A DNA stretch of 63,330 nucleotides, counting the filler, from Reclinomonas americana ATCC 50394 (Eukaryota), in the NCBI GenBank assembly GCA_048213135.1. It is 6 parts of 4 records of this genome, joined end to end, with 100 filler letters (N's around TTAATTAATTAA, not from the genome) between each part and the next. Parts side by side here need not be neighbours in the genome. Positions count along the whole stretch, not along the records: positions 1 to 13,768 come from PS015547.1; 5 more parts are not named here. One strand, 5' to 3'. Below, piece by piece: positions 1 to 11,941 of this stretch; position 1 is the first letter of the stretch; every line of letters starts with the position of its first letter. The notes under the pieces are model-generated. The model had not been told where the DNA came from. It saw nothing but the letters and a program-made list of their open reading frames with translations, and searched no databases. The position numbers and the translations under genes are program-made.

Positions 1-66
1 GGAGGTAGTGTCTCGTCTCGGTCGACGAACGGACGAGTAGTACGTACGTACTGCACCTCTCTCCTT

Positions 67-123
<57 letters not shown>

Positions 124-162
124 CCTCCCTCTCTCCCCTTCCCCCCGTCCCACACACGCAAC

Positions 163-441
163 GCATTATGCACATCCAGCGACAACGCCTCAAACTCGCG
201 CAACGCCGCCGGTGTCTCCGGCGCCACTTGCGGCAATCTCTCAATCACAACTCGCACACCAACACCAGAGGAGGAGGAGCCAAACCACCGAAGAGAGCCT
301 GCAAAGACGAACATGTCACACAAACAAACAACCAAGCAAACAAGCAAAGAGAGAGAGAGAAGAGCGTGAGAGTGTGTGTGAGAGGGGGCACAGAGTCATG
401 CACTGAGAGGGGGACGAACCACGAGCGAGGGCGCACAGCAT
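163..441 (-). CDS. 5' part of a hypothetical, possibly mitochondrion-targeted protein; continues off the left edge
   Basis: ATG at 441, GT-AG intron, then exon GSLRWFGSSSSGVGVRVVIERLPQVAPETPAALREFEALSLDVHNA ending at a GTTGCGT donor (162); divergent from XPB-1. Confidence 0.45.
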
Positions 442-457
442 TTGTGAGTGTGTGAGT

Positions 458-792
458 GGGTTACCGCTGGTTGCCGTGGAATTACCGCGCGGTGACCCTT
501 TCAGTTTCCTTGCACGATGCCAAGCAAGAGTCAAGCGGCGCATACATACTATACACAGCGCGCGACATGCACCACGACTGCACAGAACGTTCCCGAGTTT
601 TGCGCGGGTTACCACTTGTCGCGAAATTACCGCGAGGTGACCCTTTTGTGTTTCTTTCACGAAGCAAAAGACAAGAGTCGAGTGGCGCATGCACATACAG
701 AGAGCGCGCGATACGCACTGTCAGCGCCTCGTTCCTTTGTGCGTTTCCGAACAGGTTACCACTCGCCGTGAAATTACCGCGTGGTGACCCTC
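458..792. promoter_or_regulatory. Three ~147-bp degenerate direct repeats in a bidirectional promoter, each starting GGTTACC...AATTACCGCGnGGTGACCC
   Basis: Copies begin near 459, 607 and 753; copies 1 and 2 also share CAAGAGTC..GGCGCAT..AGCGCGCGA; lies between ATG 441(-) and ATG 820(+). Confidence 0.6.
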
Positions 793-819
793 CCATTTGC
801 TTTCTCTCTCTCTCTCTCG

Positions 820-3800
820 ATGAAGAGACGACGGGCGTCGCGCTCTGTCACTGATGCAGCATCAGTGGAAGAGGCGACTGAGGAGGTGGCCGCGGGCTCT
901 CCGGTGATGCAAGTTGACATTGTCGGCGAGTTGATATTTGACACTTTTACGTGAGAAGCACATGTGCTGACTCTCTCTCTCTCTTTGTGTAGATGTTGAT
1001 GCGGAGGAGGAGGAGGAGGGAGAGAGCGAGAAGCACGTGGAGAAGGATGATGATGACGTGCAGGTGGTCGCAGTCAACAAGAGTTTCGGAGTCACTTTCA
1101 CGTCAAGTCGCCAGGCGCACACGCTCTCAGCCTTTTTTTTCTGTTCTTGTCTCCCTCAGTGTCTGTGTACGATCCGCCGCCGAGAAAGCGACGCAAGACG
1201 GTGATTCCTCCGCCTCCGGTGCTGCCGGTGGCGGAGACAACTCCGTTTGTCAGAAAGGTGCCTGTCGCGACAAAGGCGGTGAATGGAGCAGCAAAGCAGA
1301 GGAAGAAGAAGGAGGTGTCCTCCTCCACTGTTGCTGCTGTGACACCGACGACGACGACGACGGCGACTGTGAAGAGGGAGAGGCCGCCTGCGCAGCCGCG
1401 AAAGGCGCCCGTTGTTGTGCACTCCGACGATGATGATGATGGGGAGGAGAAGGACAGGGGCATGTCACGCAAGCGGTTGCGCAAGGGTAAGCGCGTCGAT
1501 GATGACGGCGATGACGGTGATGGGGATTTCGTGCTGGAGATGAACGGCGATGATGATGACGACGACCGCGAGGAGGAAGAGAATGGGGAAGAGGATGAAG
1601 AAGTGGAGGATGGCGAGTCAGCACGGAAACGCGCGAGGAGCAAGACTGCTGCTGCGGCGGCGACGGCGACGAAGAAGACCGCGAAGAGGCGGTCGACAGC
1701 GTCGACTCGTGGCAAGAGTGCGACAGCTGCTGCTCCGGCGCATGATGCGCGAGAGGTCAGTGTTCTCTCTCTGTGTGCCTTTGTGGTTCCACGCTTTTCT
1801 CGATGTGCATGAGTCACTCTCCGTGAAAGTCTCTTGCATCCTGTTCCTCTCTTCGCTTTCTGGTGCGTCTTTGTTTACTCTCTTTTTTTTGCATCGGCGT
1901 CTCTCTCCCCTCCTCCTATTCTTTTCCTTATCCTTCATCCCCACTTATCTCTTCGCTGTCTATCTCTCTCTCTCTCTCTCTCTCTCTCCCTCTCTCTGCT
2001 TGTCTCCTTTCACCAATGCATCCTTTTCGTGTCCCTCACTCTTCGCTTCTCGTTACTCACTTTGCCGTCTGGCTGAGTCTTCGTCTCGTCCTCTCTCTCT
2101 CTCTCTCTCCACCTCCCTTTGTTTTCCTTCCCCTCTCCTGTTTCCTCCCTTGCCCCCTCCCCCTTAATCCTGCTTCCTTCTCTTCGCTTTCTTGTTTCGT
2201 CTTCATTCACGCTCCCTCCATCCATCTCTCTGTCCATCTCTCTCTCTCTCTCCCCTTTGTATCTCTCTCTCACTTACCCCTTCCTTTCCTCTTTCTTCCC
2301 TCTCTCACCCAGCTTTTCCTTCTCTCCAATATCTCTCGTCACCTCTCTTTCTTCTCCTCCGCTCCCTTCCTCCTTCCTCCTTCCCCCTTCCCCTTCCCCT
2401 ACTCATCTCCCTTCCTCTTGACCCTTCTCCTCCCCGTCATCCTTCCTCCTCTTACTTCCCCTCGTCCTTCCCCCTCTCCCTTCCCCCTTCCCCCTCACTG
2501 TTCCTCTTCCGCTTCCCTCCCATCCCCCTCACCCTTTCCCCTTCCCCCTTCCCCCTTCCCCCTTCCCCCTTCCCCCNNNNNNNNNNNNNNNNNNNNNNNN
2601 NNNNNNNNNNNNNNNNNNNNNNNNNNNNNNNNNNNNNNNNNNNNNNNNNNNNNNNNNNNNNNNNNNNNNNNNNNNNNNNNNNNNNNNNNNNNNNNNNNNN
2701 NNNNNNNNNNNNNNNNNNNNNNNNNNNNNNNNNNNNNNNNNNNNNNNNNNNNNNNNNNNNNNNNNNNNNNNNNNNNNNNNNNNNNNNNNNNNNNNNNNNN
2801 NNNNNNNNNNNNNNNNNNNNNNNNNNNNNNNNNNNNNNNNNNNNNNNNNNNNNNNNNNNNNNNNNNNNNNNNNNNNNNNNNNNNNNNNNNNNNNNNNNNN
2901 NNNNNNNNNNNNNNNNNNNNNNNNNNNNNNNNNNNNNNNNNNNNNNNNNNNNNNNNNNNNNNNNNNNNNNNNNNNNNNNNNNNNNNNNNNNNNNNNNNNN
3001 NNNNNNNNNNNNNNNNNNNNNNNNNNNNNNNNNNNNNNNNNNNNNNNNNNNNNNNNNNNNNNNNNNNNNNNNNNNNNNNNNNNNNNNNNNNNNNNNNNNN
3101 NNNNNNNNNNNNNTTCCCCCTCACCTCCCTTCCCCTCACCTCACTTCCCCTTCTTCGCCAGATTCGGTTAAACACGCTGGCGGCCGACGGCCCGGTGGTG
3201 TTTCAGGACTTCTCCTCCCTGACACTGAAGCGAGACCACGCACGCCGGCCACTGTGGGTGTGCGGCGACAACAAGATTTTCCTGGAGGCCTTTTCGCCAC
3301 TGTACAGACAGGCGACGGATTTCCTGGTGGCCGTGGCCGAGCCGGTGCAGCGGTGTGTGTTGTTGTTGTTGTTGTCGTATCTCTTTCTGTTGTTGCCACT
3401 AAATATATACCGCGCAGTCCCGACTGCATTCACGTGTACGAGCTCACGACGTACTCGCTCTTTGCTGCCGTGTCGGTCGGTCTGCAAACCGACGACATTG
3501 TTCGTGTGTTGGATCTGCTGTGCAAGATGGTGCTGCCAGAGGCGGTGGTGGCCTTTATTCGCGAGTCGACCAAGAACATTGGTCGAGTGAAACTCGTGTT
3601 GCAACGGACGCATGTGTATGTGGAAAGTGTGGAGAGATATCTGCTGGAGGAGCTCATGGCCGACGACCAGATTTCAGGGGCCATTATTCGCGTGTCGGAG
3701 GGCTCGGCACCGGTTTGCGTTTGCCTGTTTGTCTGCCACCGCATCCTTTGCTGTTTTTCACGCTTTGTGCTGCTGCATGCAGGAGGGCACCAAGGTCGAC

Positions 3801-6270
3801 GGCCACTTGCTTGTCTTGTCGAGTGAGGAGACGGAGGCCGCCATGGCCGATGTGGGAGCGGAGGAGTTTGGCGGCATGGGAGCGGAGGAGTTTGAGGTGC
3901 AGGGTGCTGAGCCAGAGCCGCAAACCGAGGGCGAGCAGCCTCCACCACTGCGACTCTCGCCAGTGCCGTCAATGGCGGGACATGACGAGGAAGATGCGCT
4001 CGTTCTCGCTGTGACGAGCCTCACGAGGAAAATGGCGCGGCAGTTCAACACGCAGCGTCGCTACGCCTTCGAAATCGATCCCAAAGTGTCGGAGGTGAGT
4101 CTCCTGTTCTGTCCCTCCCTTTTCTTCTCCCTCGCCCTTACTCCACGACCCCTTTTGCACAGGTTGTGAAGCGGCGCTGCATCGAGTTGCAGCATCCGCT
4201 GGTGGAGGAGTACGACTTTCGGCAGGACGAAACGAGTCCGACACTCGGCATCAATCTGCGCCCCTCCGCGCACATCCGGCCGTACCAAGAACGCGCCTTG
4301 TCCAAGATGTTTGGCAACGGTCGTGCGCGATCCGGCATCATCGTGCTACCGTGCGGCGCAGGCAAGACGCTGGTCGGCGTGACAGCGTCACAGACCATCA
4401 AGAAGCGCACCATGGTGCTGACCACATCCAAGTTACGCGGATGACAGGATCCACATGCATATTGTAGATGCTCTGGTGCTGATTCTCTCCCTCTCCCTCC
4501 TCTCTCCCTTTCTTTGTCTTCCCCCTCCCTTCCACTCTCCCTTCCCCTCCCTCTCCCCCTCCCTCTCCCCTCCCTCTCCCCTCCCTCTCCCCCTCCCTCT
4601 CCCCCTCCCTCTTTCTCCCTCTCCTTCTCCTCCCTCTCCCTCTCCTTCTCCCTTGTCGCAGTGTCTCGTGCCAACAATGGAAGCGCGAGTTCGAAAAGTG
4701 GACCACAGTGCCGCCGCGCGACATTGTCATGTTCACTTCGGACACTAAGGATCCGCTGGAGGCGCTGGCTCCCGATCGTGCGTGCGTGCTCATTTCGACT
4801 TTCACCATGATTGGCCGGCCGGGTACGCGGTCGGCCATGGCCGAGGCCAATTTGGAGCGCATCCGCTCGATACCGTGGGGCTTGCTGCTGCTGGACGAGG
4901 TGCACGTGTTGCCGGCGCGCATGTTTCGCCGAGTCATCACCATTCCGTCGCACTGCAAGCTCGGTCTCACGGCAACGCTGGTGCGCGAGGACGAAAAGAT
5001 CTCCGAACTCAACTTTCTCATCGGGCCCAAGTTGTACGAGGCCAACTGGCGTGAGCTGCAACAGGAGGGCTTCTTGGCCTCGGTCAAGTGCACCGAGGTG
5101 TGGTGCCCGATGACCAAAGGTGTGTGTCTTTCAGGCTTGTTCCGTCTTGCGCTTTGCGCGCTCACTCGCGAGCCCAGAATTCCACTCCGAGTATCTGCGA
5201 GCAAGTGTGGCCCGCCCACTGCTGTACACGATGAACCCGAACAAGATTCGCGTGTGCGAGTACCTCATCCGCCTCCACCTGCAACGCGGCGACAAGATTA
5301 TCGTGTTTTCCGACATGCTGTTCCCGCTGAAGCACTACTCGGAGATGTTTGGCGTCGACTACATCTCGGGCGAGACCAAGCTTGGCGATCGCATTCGCCT
5401 GATCGAGAGCTTCCAGCGCACTGGAGCTCTCACGTCGGCCGCGTCCATCACTGCCGCCAGCCAGTCGCACCACTACACCAGCTCCGTCCTCTTCATCTCC
5501 AAGGTCGGCGACACGAGCATTGATTTGCCCAAGTTGCGTGGGGCGGGGAAGCCTATTTCTTTTGCGCCCCTGGTTCGACTCGCCACTCACTCGCCATGCT
5601 GTCACGCGCAGTGCCAATGTGATTATCCAAATCTCGTCGCACTTTGGCTCCCGCCGACAGGAAGCGCAACGCCTGGGTCGCATTCTCCGACCCAAGCCGC
5701 GCTCACAGGACGAGGAGTACAACGCATTTTTCTACACGCTGGTGTCGCGCGACACGCAGGAAATGTACTACAGCAGCAAGCGCCAGGTATGCGCCATCAC
5801 GCGGTGTTGTCGGCGTGCAGAAACTCATACACGCGACAGATGTTCCTGCTCGATCAAGGCTACTCGTTCCAGATTGCCGATCGACTCGGCGAGCTGCTGG
5901 CCTTTGAGTCGCCCGCACTGACCTCGCCGTGCGTTCCCGCCAGCCACCGCTTTATCCGTTTGCTGTGTGTTCTCACTCTGTAGAAAAATAATGGCGCAGC
6001 GAAAAGGACATGCTGGGCGGACCGTCGATTGTCGACGATCTGGTGTACTGTGATCGGCAGTCGCAGTTGGAGCTTCTGGCGCGTGTGCTGTCGGCGGCCG
6101 ACACGGATGCCCTGGCGGAGGAGAAGTTGCCAGAGGACGATGTGATGCCGTTTGCCTACAGTGATCCTCTGAGCCGGCCAGCACTGCCCAAGGCCGTTCG
6201 GCGAGTGGGCACGTCGATGAAGTCACTCACCGGCGCCGGCGACGACCTGTACGCCGAGTTCAAGAAGTGA
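820..6270 (+). CDS. ERCC3: TFIIH helicase/translocase XPB, paralog 1 (multi-exon, long low-complexity N-terminus)
   Basis: Spliced exons give [86 protein letters not shown] and C-terminal [13 protein letters not shown]; one intron spans the N-gap 2577-3113. Confidence 0.95.
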
Positions 6271-6571
6271 TTGCGCAACAGCAGCAACCTCAGCAGCAGG
6301 AGGAGAAGCAGCATTTCGACAACAACTGCCGTCCTGCACTGTACGCAGGCAGCATAGCAGGCGAGCATGAGAGAGCTCAGGCACAGAGGATTCGCCTCGT
6401 TCGCCACCCGCTGCTTCACGAAACTCCACGAGCACATGAGCCTCGTAAACGAGAAAAGAGCGACGGCCGCACGTCCGTGTCCTTGAAGTCCCACAACACA
6501 TCACACGCTCGCGGTGGAGAGCAGACCTCACCTCCCTTCCGCGCAGCAGTGAGACTACAGTGCACGACTGC

Positions 6572-9500
6572 ATGAAGCGTGCACATGAGGAGAGCACCAC
6601 CAACGGCGTTGGTGGCGAGGTCGAATCCAGCTCAGACCCTCTCATGTCACACATCAAAATGGAGGCCTTTGCTGGTGAGAGAGACCCTGCCTCCTCCTCC
6701 TCCTCCTCTTCTTCTTCTTTCCCCTCACATACACACAACAGTAGCAGCTGCAGCAGAGGAGCCTCCACTCAAGCGCCGCAAAAAGGACAAGAGCGAGAAT
6801 GGCGAAAAGAAGAAAAAGAAGAAGAAGAAGACCAAGGAGGGCGCGGAGGCAGCTGGCGACGATGGTGTGAAGGTCAAGAAGAAGAAGAAAAAGGCAGACA
6901 AGATCAAGAAGGAAGGCGCGGTCGTCGATGCAGTGTCCATCAAGAGCGAGCACACTACTAGTGCTGCTGCTTCTGCAGCAGTCACGTATCATGCGTTGGA
7001 GCTGGGCATTGCTGGTGAGCCGTACCCGGCGGCAGTGGGGTTTGCCGCTCCTGCTGCACCCGCCTCGTCTGCATTCCCGAGTGCCTCGTCGGCCCCACCG
7101 GCACCCGTATCGCAGGCGCATGTGGTAGTAGGCATTGGATTGGTCGAGGAGGCTGCTCGCAATGCCATGCTGGTACGTCACAATGCGTTGTGTATCGGCT
7201 TTTCTTGTCGTTACAGAGTGTGTCTTGTCACGCAGAGGCGGCAGTCGATGCGGTTTGGCGTGCAGGATCCGAGTCGAATTGTCAGGTTACCGCTCAAGCC
7301 GGACCATGAGAAGAGACCATTGTGGGTGTGCAGTGACAATCGGATCTTCCTCGAGGCCTTCTCGCCGCTGTATCGGCAGGCTACAGATTTCTTGATTGCC
7401 ATTGCGGAACCAATTGAGAGGTGGAGTAGTCCTCACTCTCTCTTCTTCTCCCTCTCACTCTCCCTCTCTATCCCTCTCCCTTTCTCCCTCTCCCCCGTCT
7501 GACACACCTCTCTCGCTTTCCCTCTCTCTCCCTCTCCATTTCCCCCTCTCCCTCTCCCTCTACCTCTCCCTCTCCCTCTCCCTCTCTATCCCTCTCCCTC
7601 CCTCCCTCCCTCTTCCCCGTCGCAGACCCGACTTTATCCACGTCTACGAACTCACCACGGACTCGTTGTATGCCGCCGTGTCTGTGGGCCTGATGCCCGA
7701 GGACATCCTGCGTGTGCTCGGCCTGCTGTCCAAAACCGTGCTTCCGCACGACATTGTGGAGTACATTCGCCACCAGGCCGGCAACGTCGGCAAGGTGAAG
7801 CTCGTACTTCAGCGCACTCGTGTGTTCGTGGAGAGCACGGAGCCGGATTTGCTACTGCGACTGCGTCGAGATCCCGAGCTGCGGCCCACTATTCGGCCCA
7901 CGGACGAGGCGCCGGAGGACATTCCCGTCGACTCGGGTACCGACCTGCTTGTCCTCTCCGGCTACGACGAGTCCATGTTCGACGAGGACGAGATGCCAGT
8001 CGAGTCGACTGTCGCGGCCGCCGAGGACGCCGCAGCTGGCGACACCAAGCCGGCCACCGCGGCAGCTGCATTGCAGAAAGGTGGTTCGACAGCGGTGATG
8101 CTGAAGCGAGAGGCTGGCGCGGTGAAGCACGAAAAGGGTACGACGACGACGACCACCACTGCCGCCGCCACCGGCAGTGTCAAGAGCGAAAAGGCGCGCG
8201 TCAGCATCCTGCGCGAAACGCCGTCCACATACGCGTCGCCGGCGATGCTCGCTGCAGCGTCGGTGACGGCCGCTGCGCAGGCGGCACTCGGCAGACCGGT
8301 GGAGCAGGACGAGGTTTTGCGTGACCTCGCCGCAGCAGCGTCATCCATCGACGCTCAGAAGAAGCAGATACGCTTCGGTTTCGAAGTCGACCCGAAGGAA
8401 GTGGAGGTTGGTGTGCCTGTCCGTGTCATGCTCTGTGTACCGCCCTCAATATGTGCGCGCGATGTGTGTCACGACGCAGTTGGTCAAGAGTCGCAGCAAG
8501 GAACTGGCATTACCACTGCTGGAGGAGTACGACTTCCGCAACGACACCGAGTCGCCGTCCATGTCGATCAACCTCAAGAGCTCTGCGCACATTCGTCCGT
8601 ACCAGGAGCGCGCGCTGTCGAAAATGTTCGGCGACGGTCGTGCTCGCTCCGGCATTATCGTGCTTCCGTGCGGGGCCGGCAAGACGCTGGTCGGCATCAC
8701 CGCCACACAGACTATCAAGAAGCGGTGCCTGATTTTGTGCAACTCCAAGTTCCGTCATACACTGTTGTCTTCTCTTCATCTGTCTTACTACAGCTGCTCA
8801 TTGTTGTTGTTGGTCTTCTCCCAAAAAAATAGCGTGTCGTGCACGCAGTGGAAGCGTGAATTTCACAAGTGGACCAACATTCCGGAGCAGCACGTGGTGA
8901 TCTTCACGTCCGAGACGAAGCAGGAGATGACGCAGCTGCGGCCGGACTTGGCGCTGGTACTCCTCTCCACATACTCCATGATTGGCATGACTGGCCACCG
9001 CTCTGCCGTGGCCGAGGCCAACATGAAGCGCATCAAGGGAATGCCGTGGGGCTTGCTGTTGCTCGACGAAGTGCATTTGGCACCTGCGCGCACCTTCCGC
9101 ACCTGTGTGACCATCCCGTCGCACACGAAACTCGGTCTGACGGCCACGTTGGTGCGCGAAGATGACAAGATCTCCGACCTTTCCTTTCTTATCGGCCCGA
9201 AGCTGTACGAGGCCAACTGGCAAGAGCTGCAACGCGATGGCTTCCTGGCGTCGGTGCAGTGTGCCGAAGTGTGGTGCCCGATGACGAAAGGTTTTCTTGC
9301 TGCCGTGCGCGCCGCTACTCAGCCTTTGCGCATTGCTCGCTCTCACACTGTTCCGGACTTTTGTTATGTAGAGTTCTACAGTGCGTATCTGCGCGCGCCG
9401 CTCCATCACCGGGAGTTGCTGTGGGTGCTGAACCCGAACAAGATCCGTGTGTGCGAGTTCCTCATTCGGTACCACCTCGAGCGCGGCGACAAGATCATTG

Positions 9501-10330
9501 TGTTCTCCGATAAGCTGTTCGCTCTCAAGCACTACGCCAAGATCTTCCAAGTGCCGTACATTGCCGGCGAAACCAAGATCGAGGAGCGCATGTTCCTCAT
9601 CGACGCCTTCCAACGAGCCGGCACCGGCTTTGTATCTGGCGCAGTCTCCAGCTCTGGCGAATACGCCAATTCGGTCCTCTTCCTCTCGAAGGTCGGCGAC
9701 ACCAGTATTGATTTGCCAAGGTTTGTTCGTCCTCGACCTCACCTCCCTCCGTGCATCTAACTGTCGCGTACCAGTGCCAATGTCATCATTCAGATCTCCT
9801 CGCACTACGGCTCGCGTCGTCAGGAGGCACAGCGGCTAGGTCGTATTCTGCGCCCGAAAGGACGCGTGGAGAAAGGCCAGCACAATGCGTATTTCTACAC
9901 GCTGGTCTCTCGTGACACATCGGAAATGTACTACAGCGCCAAGCGACAGGTGTGTAGGCTGTCGAGCAACATGATGATACGTGGACACGACACAACTCAC
10001 ACCTCATCGTGTGTTGCGACGTCGCAGATGTTCTTGCTCGGTCAAGGCTACTCGTTTCAGATGGTGTCGAGTCTCGGCGAAGACTTGTCGGTGGACAACA
10101 CGGATTTGAGCGACGAGTTGCGTAATCATTCTTTCTCTCCCTCACTGTGTCGTCGAAGCACGGCCACTGACAGCTGGGGAAAATGCAGGCGGGCAGCCGC
10201 ATACGGGGGCAAACAGGCGCTTGCGTCGCTTTGCTACTCGTCGGTGAACGAGGCGCAAGAGCTCCTCGAGCATATCATGGGCGCGTCGGACATGGCGATT
10301 GCAGACGACAAGGGCGAAGTAGACACGTAA
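6572..10330 (+). CDS. ERCC3: TFIIH helicase/translocase XPB, paralog 2 (multi-exon, Lys-rich N-terminus)
   Basis: Same XPB motifs ([28 protein letters not shown]); several intron positions shared with paralog 1; exact 3' end slightly uncertain. Confidence 0.93.
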
Positions 10331-10389
10331 CGAATGAAACACGCACACCTAATGAGACACGACAGAGGGAGGTGGATTAACGAGGTTGT

Positions 10390-11893
10390 TCAATTCTTGG
10401 TGCGCTTGCGGTGTGTGTAGTTGTAGAGGGACTCGCGTGCCTCTCTCCGCGCCTCGATTTCGGCTTCGCCACTGCGCGCATGCCTTGTGCGTGAGACTTA
10501 TTGCAACTCTCTCGACAACAACACCGAGCAGAAGCGGACGAAACGAGGCACGCTTTCGCTGCTGCTCCGCAGTGAACGCCTCAAACAGACCGTGTCGGCG
10601 CGACACAACGGGGATGGGCACATCGCGCCGACCGAGTCGCCTGTGCGCACGCAGTCATTGCTCAGCACGAAGAAGAATCAAACATCACCAAGCACGACGG
10701 CACACAAACCCCTCCATCTCGCCACCAGCCGTGTCGCTGAGCAGCTCAATCCACTGCGGTGGACGAACGAGAAACGGAAGCGGATCGAGACGAGCGGGTC
10801 GTATCCCCATCCGGTCTTGCGGGTCGCCAACAAGAACACCGGTGCGCGGACGTCGCACATCGCCCGTGTCAGGACTCCAACTCGTACCATCAGCAGAGCT
10901 GCGGGTTGTCGTGCAAATGCAGAAAGCGTCAACCGCGACAGCGCGCACATCATCGCAGTCGATCATTGATACCTTTCGACAACATCGCGTTGCTGGAGAG
11001 CCTTGCGAATGGTGTCGGCCATGTGTTGCACGATTCGCGAATCCGGCGACTCGTCGCCATTGTTGCGCACGTCAGCAACTGCGTGGCGAGGCGAAGGCAG
11101 TCCGAACTGAGCCGTCGGTCCGTACACCTCGTGGTCATTGATCGAGCTCAGAGTCCCTTGCAAGTACAAGAAGCAGACAGTCTCAGCAACAAAGACACAC
11201 ACGCACACACTCTCTCGCTTGGATGCGCACCGAGGTTGGCCCAGCCGGTCTCCAGAGAAAAGTACTCGGAGCGATCGCGCATCGTCTGATCCAATCGTTG
11301 TCCCTCCTTCAGCTGTCGCTTGAGCCGCCACGTGCGATGCCGATCGCGGCGGTAATCAAAGAGAGCCAACGAGTTGTGGATGTAGTCATCCACCGTCCAC
11401 TCACTCTTGCCTACCACACACTGAGACACAATACGAGCATCACACAAAAGCAGGGCGAGTGGCAGTAACTCTTACTCCGCGCAGACAGTGACGATGACGA
11501 CGAGGATGATGATGATGATGATGCACTGATCACATCTCCGCCACCACTGGCAATGCTGGCGCCTCCACCTGCACCACCACTCATTGTCTGTGCGAGGCGA
11601 CTGGGCCCGACTGCAGACGCCGCTCCCGACACTCCTCGGTCGCCATCGGCAACAAGAGAGTGTCGCTTTCCGCGTCGACGACGGCGATCGACTGTGCGCC
11701 CGTTGGGCGAAAGCGGCAGCGACGACAACGATCCGTGCTGTTGTTGGTCGAGGAGCGCCAGTGCGGCCAGAGGGTCGAGAGTGTCGATGCCAGTGGGGTT
11801 ATCGGATGAGGAAGACGAAGAGAACAGAGAGACACGCCATGGAAACAGTGGTAACCGGGAGCCAGGCAGCCACCGCAGAGAACGGCACAGCAT
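10390..11893 (-). CDS. Hypothetical multi-exon protein with a mitochondrial-presequence-like N-terminus (MLCRSLRWLPGSRL...)
   Basis: Exons joined by GT-AG introns keep frame through KSEWTVDDYIHN..., GTLSSINDHEV..., SADGTSWSP...; last junction ambiguous; no recognised family. Confidence 0.5.
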
Positions 11894-11941
11894 AGTGGAC
11901 GACGCACACAAAGGCAAACAGACAAATGTACACTTTAAAAA

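Noticed and set aside
1863..3590. Long ORFs running through CT-rich tracts and N-gaps (also 33990-35751, 41667-42941, 46733-47986)
   Set aside because: Low-complexity intron sequence and Ns lack stop codons by composition; only the embedded exons are real.
5899..5999. Possible GG or GC donor in the last XPB-1 intron
   Set aside because: A GT donor in the required phase exists nearby (GA|GTCGCC), so a non-canonical call is not forced.
10685..11447. Possible Fanzor/TnpB remnant (WRLKRQL..GQRLD, YG..AQFG.PSP, VAVDAF)
   Set aside because: The VAVDAF segment falls inside a predicted intron, there is no RuvC D-E-D triad or zinc finger, and the exons splice into an ordinary orphan gene.
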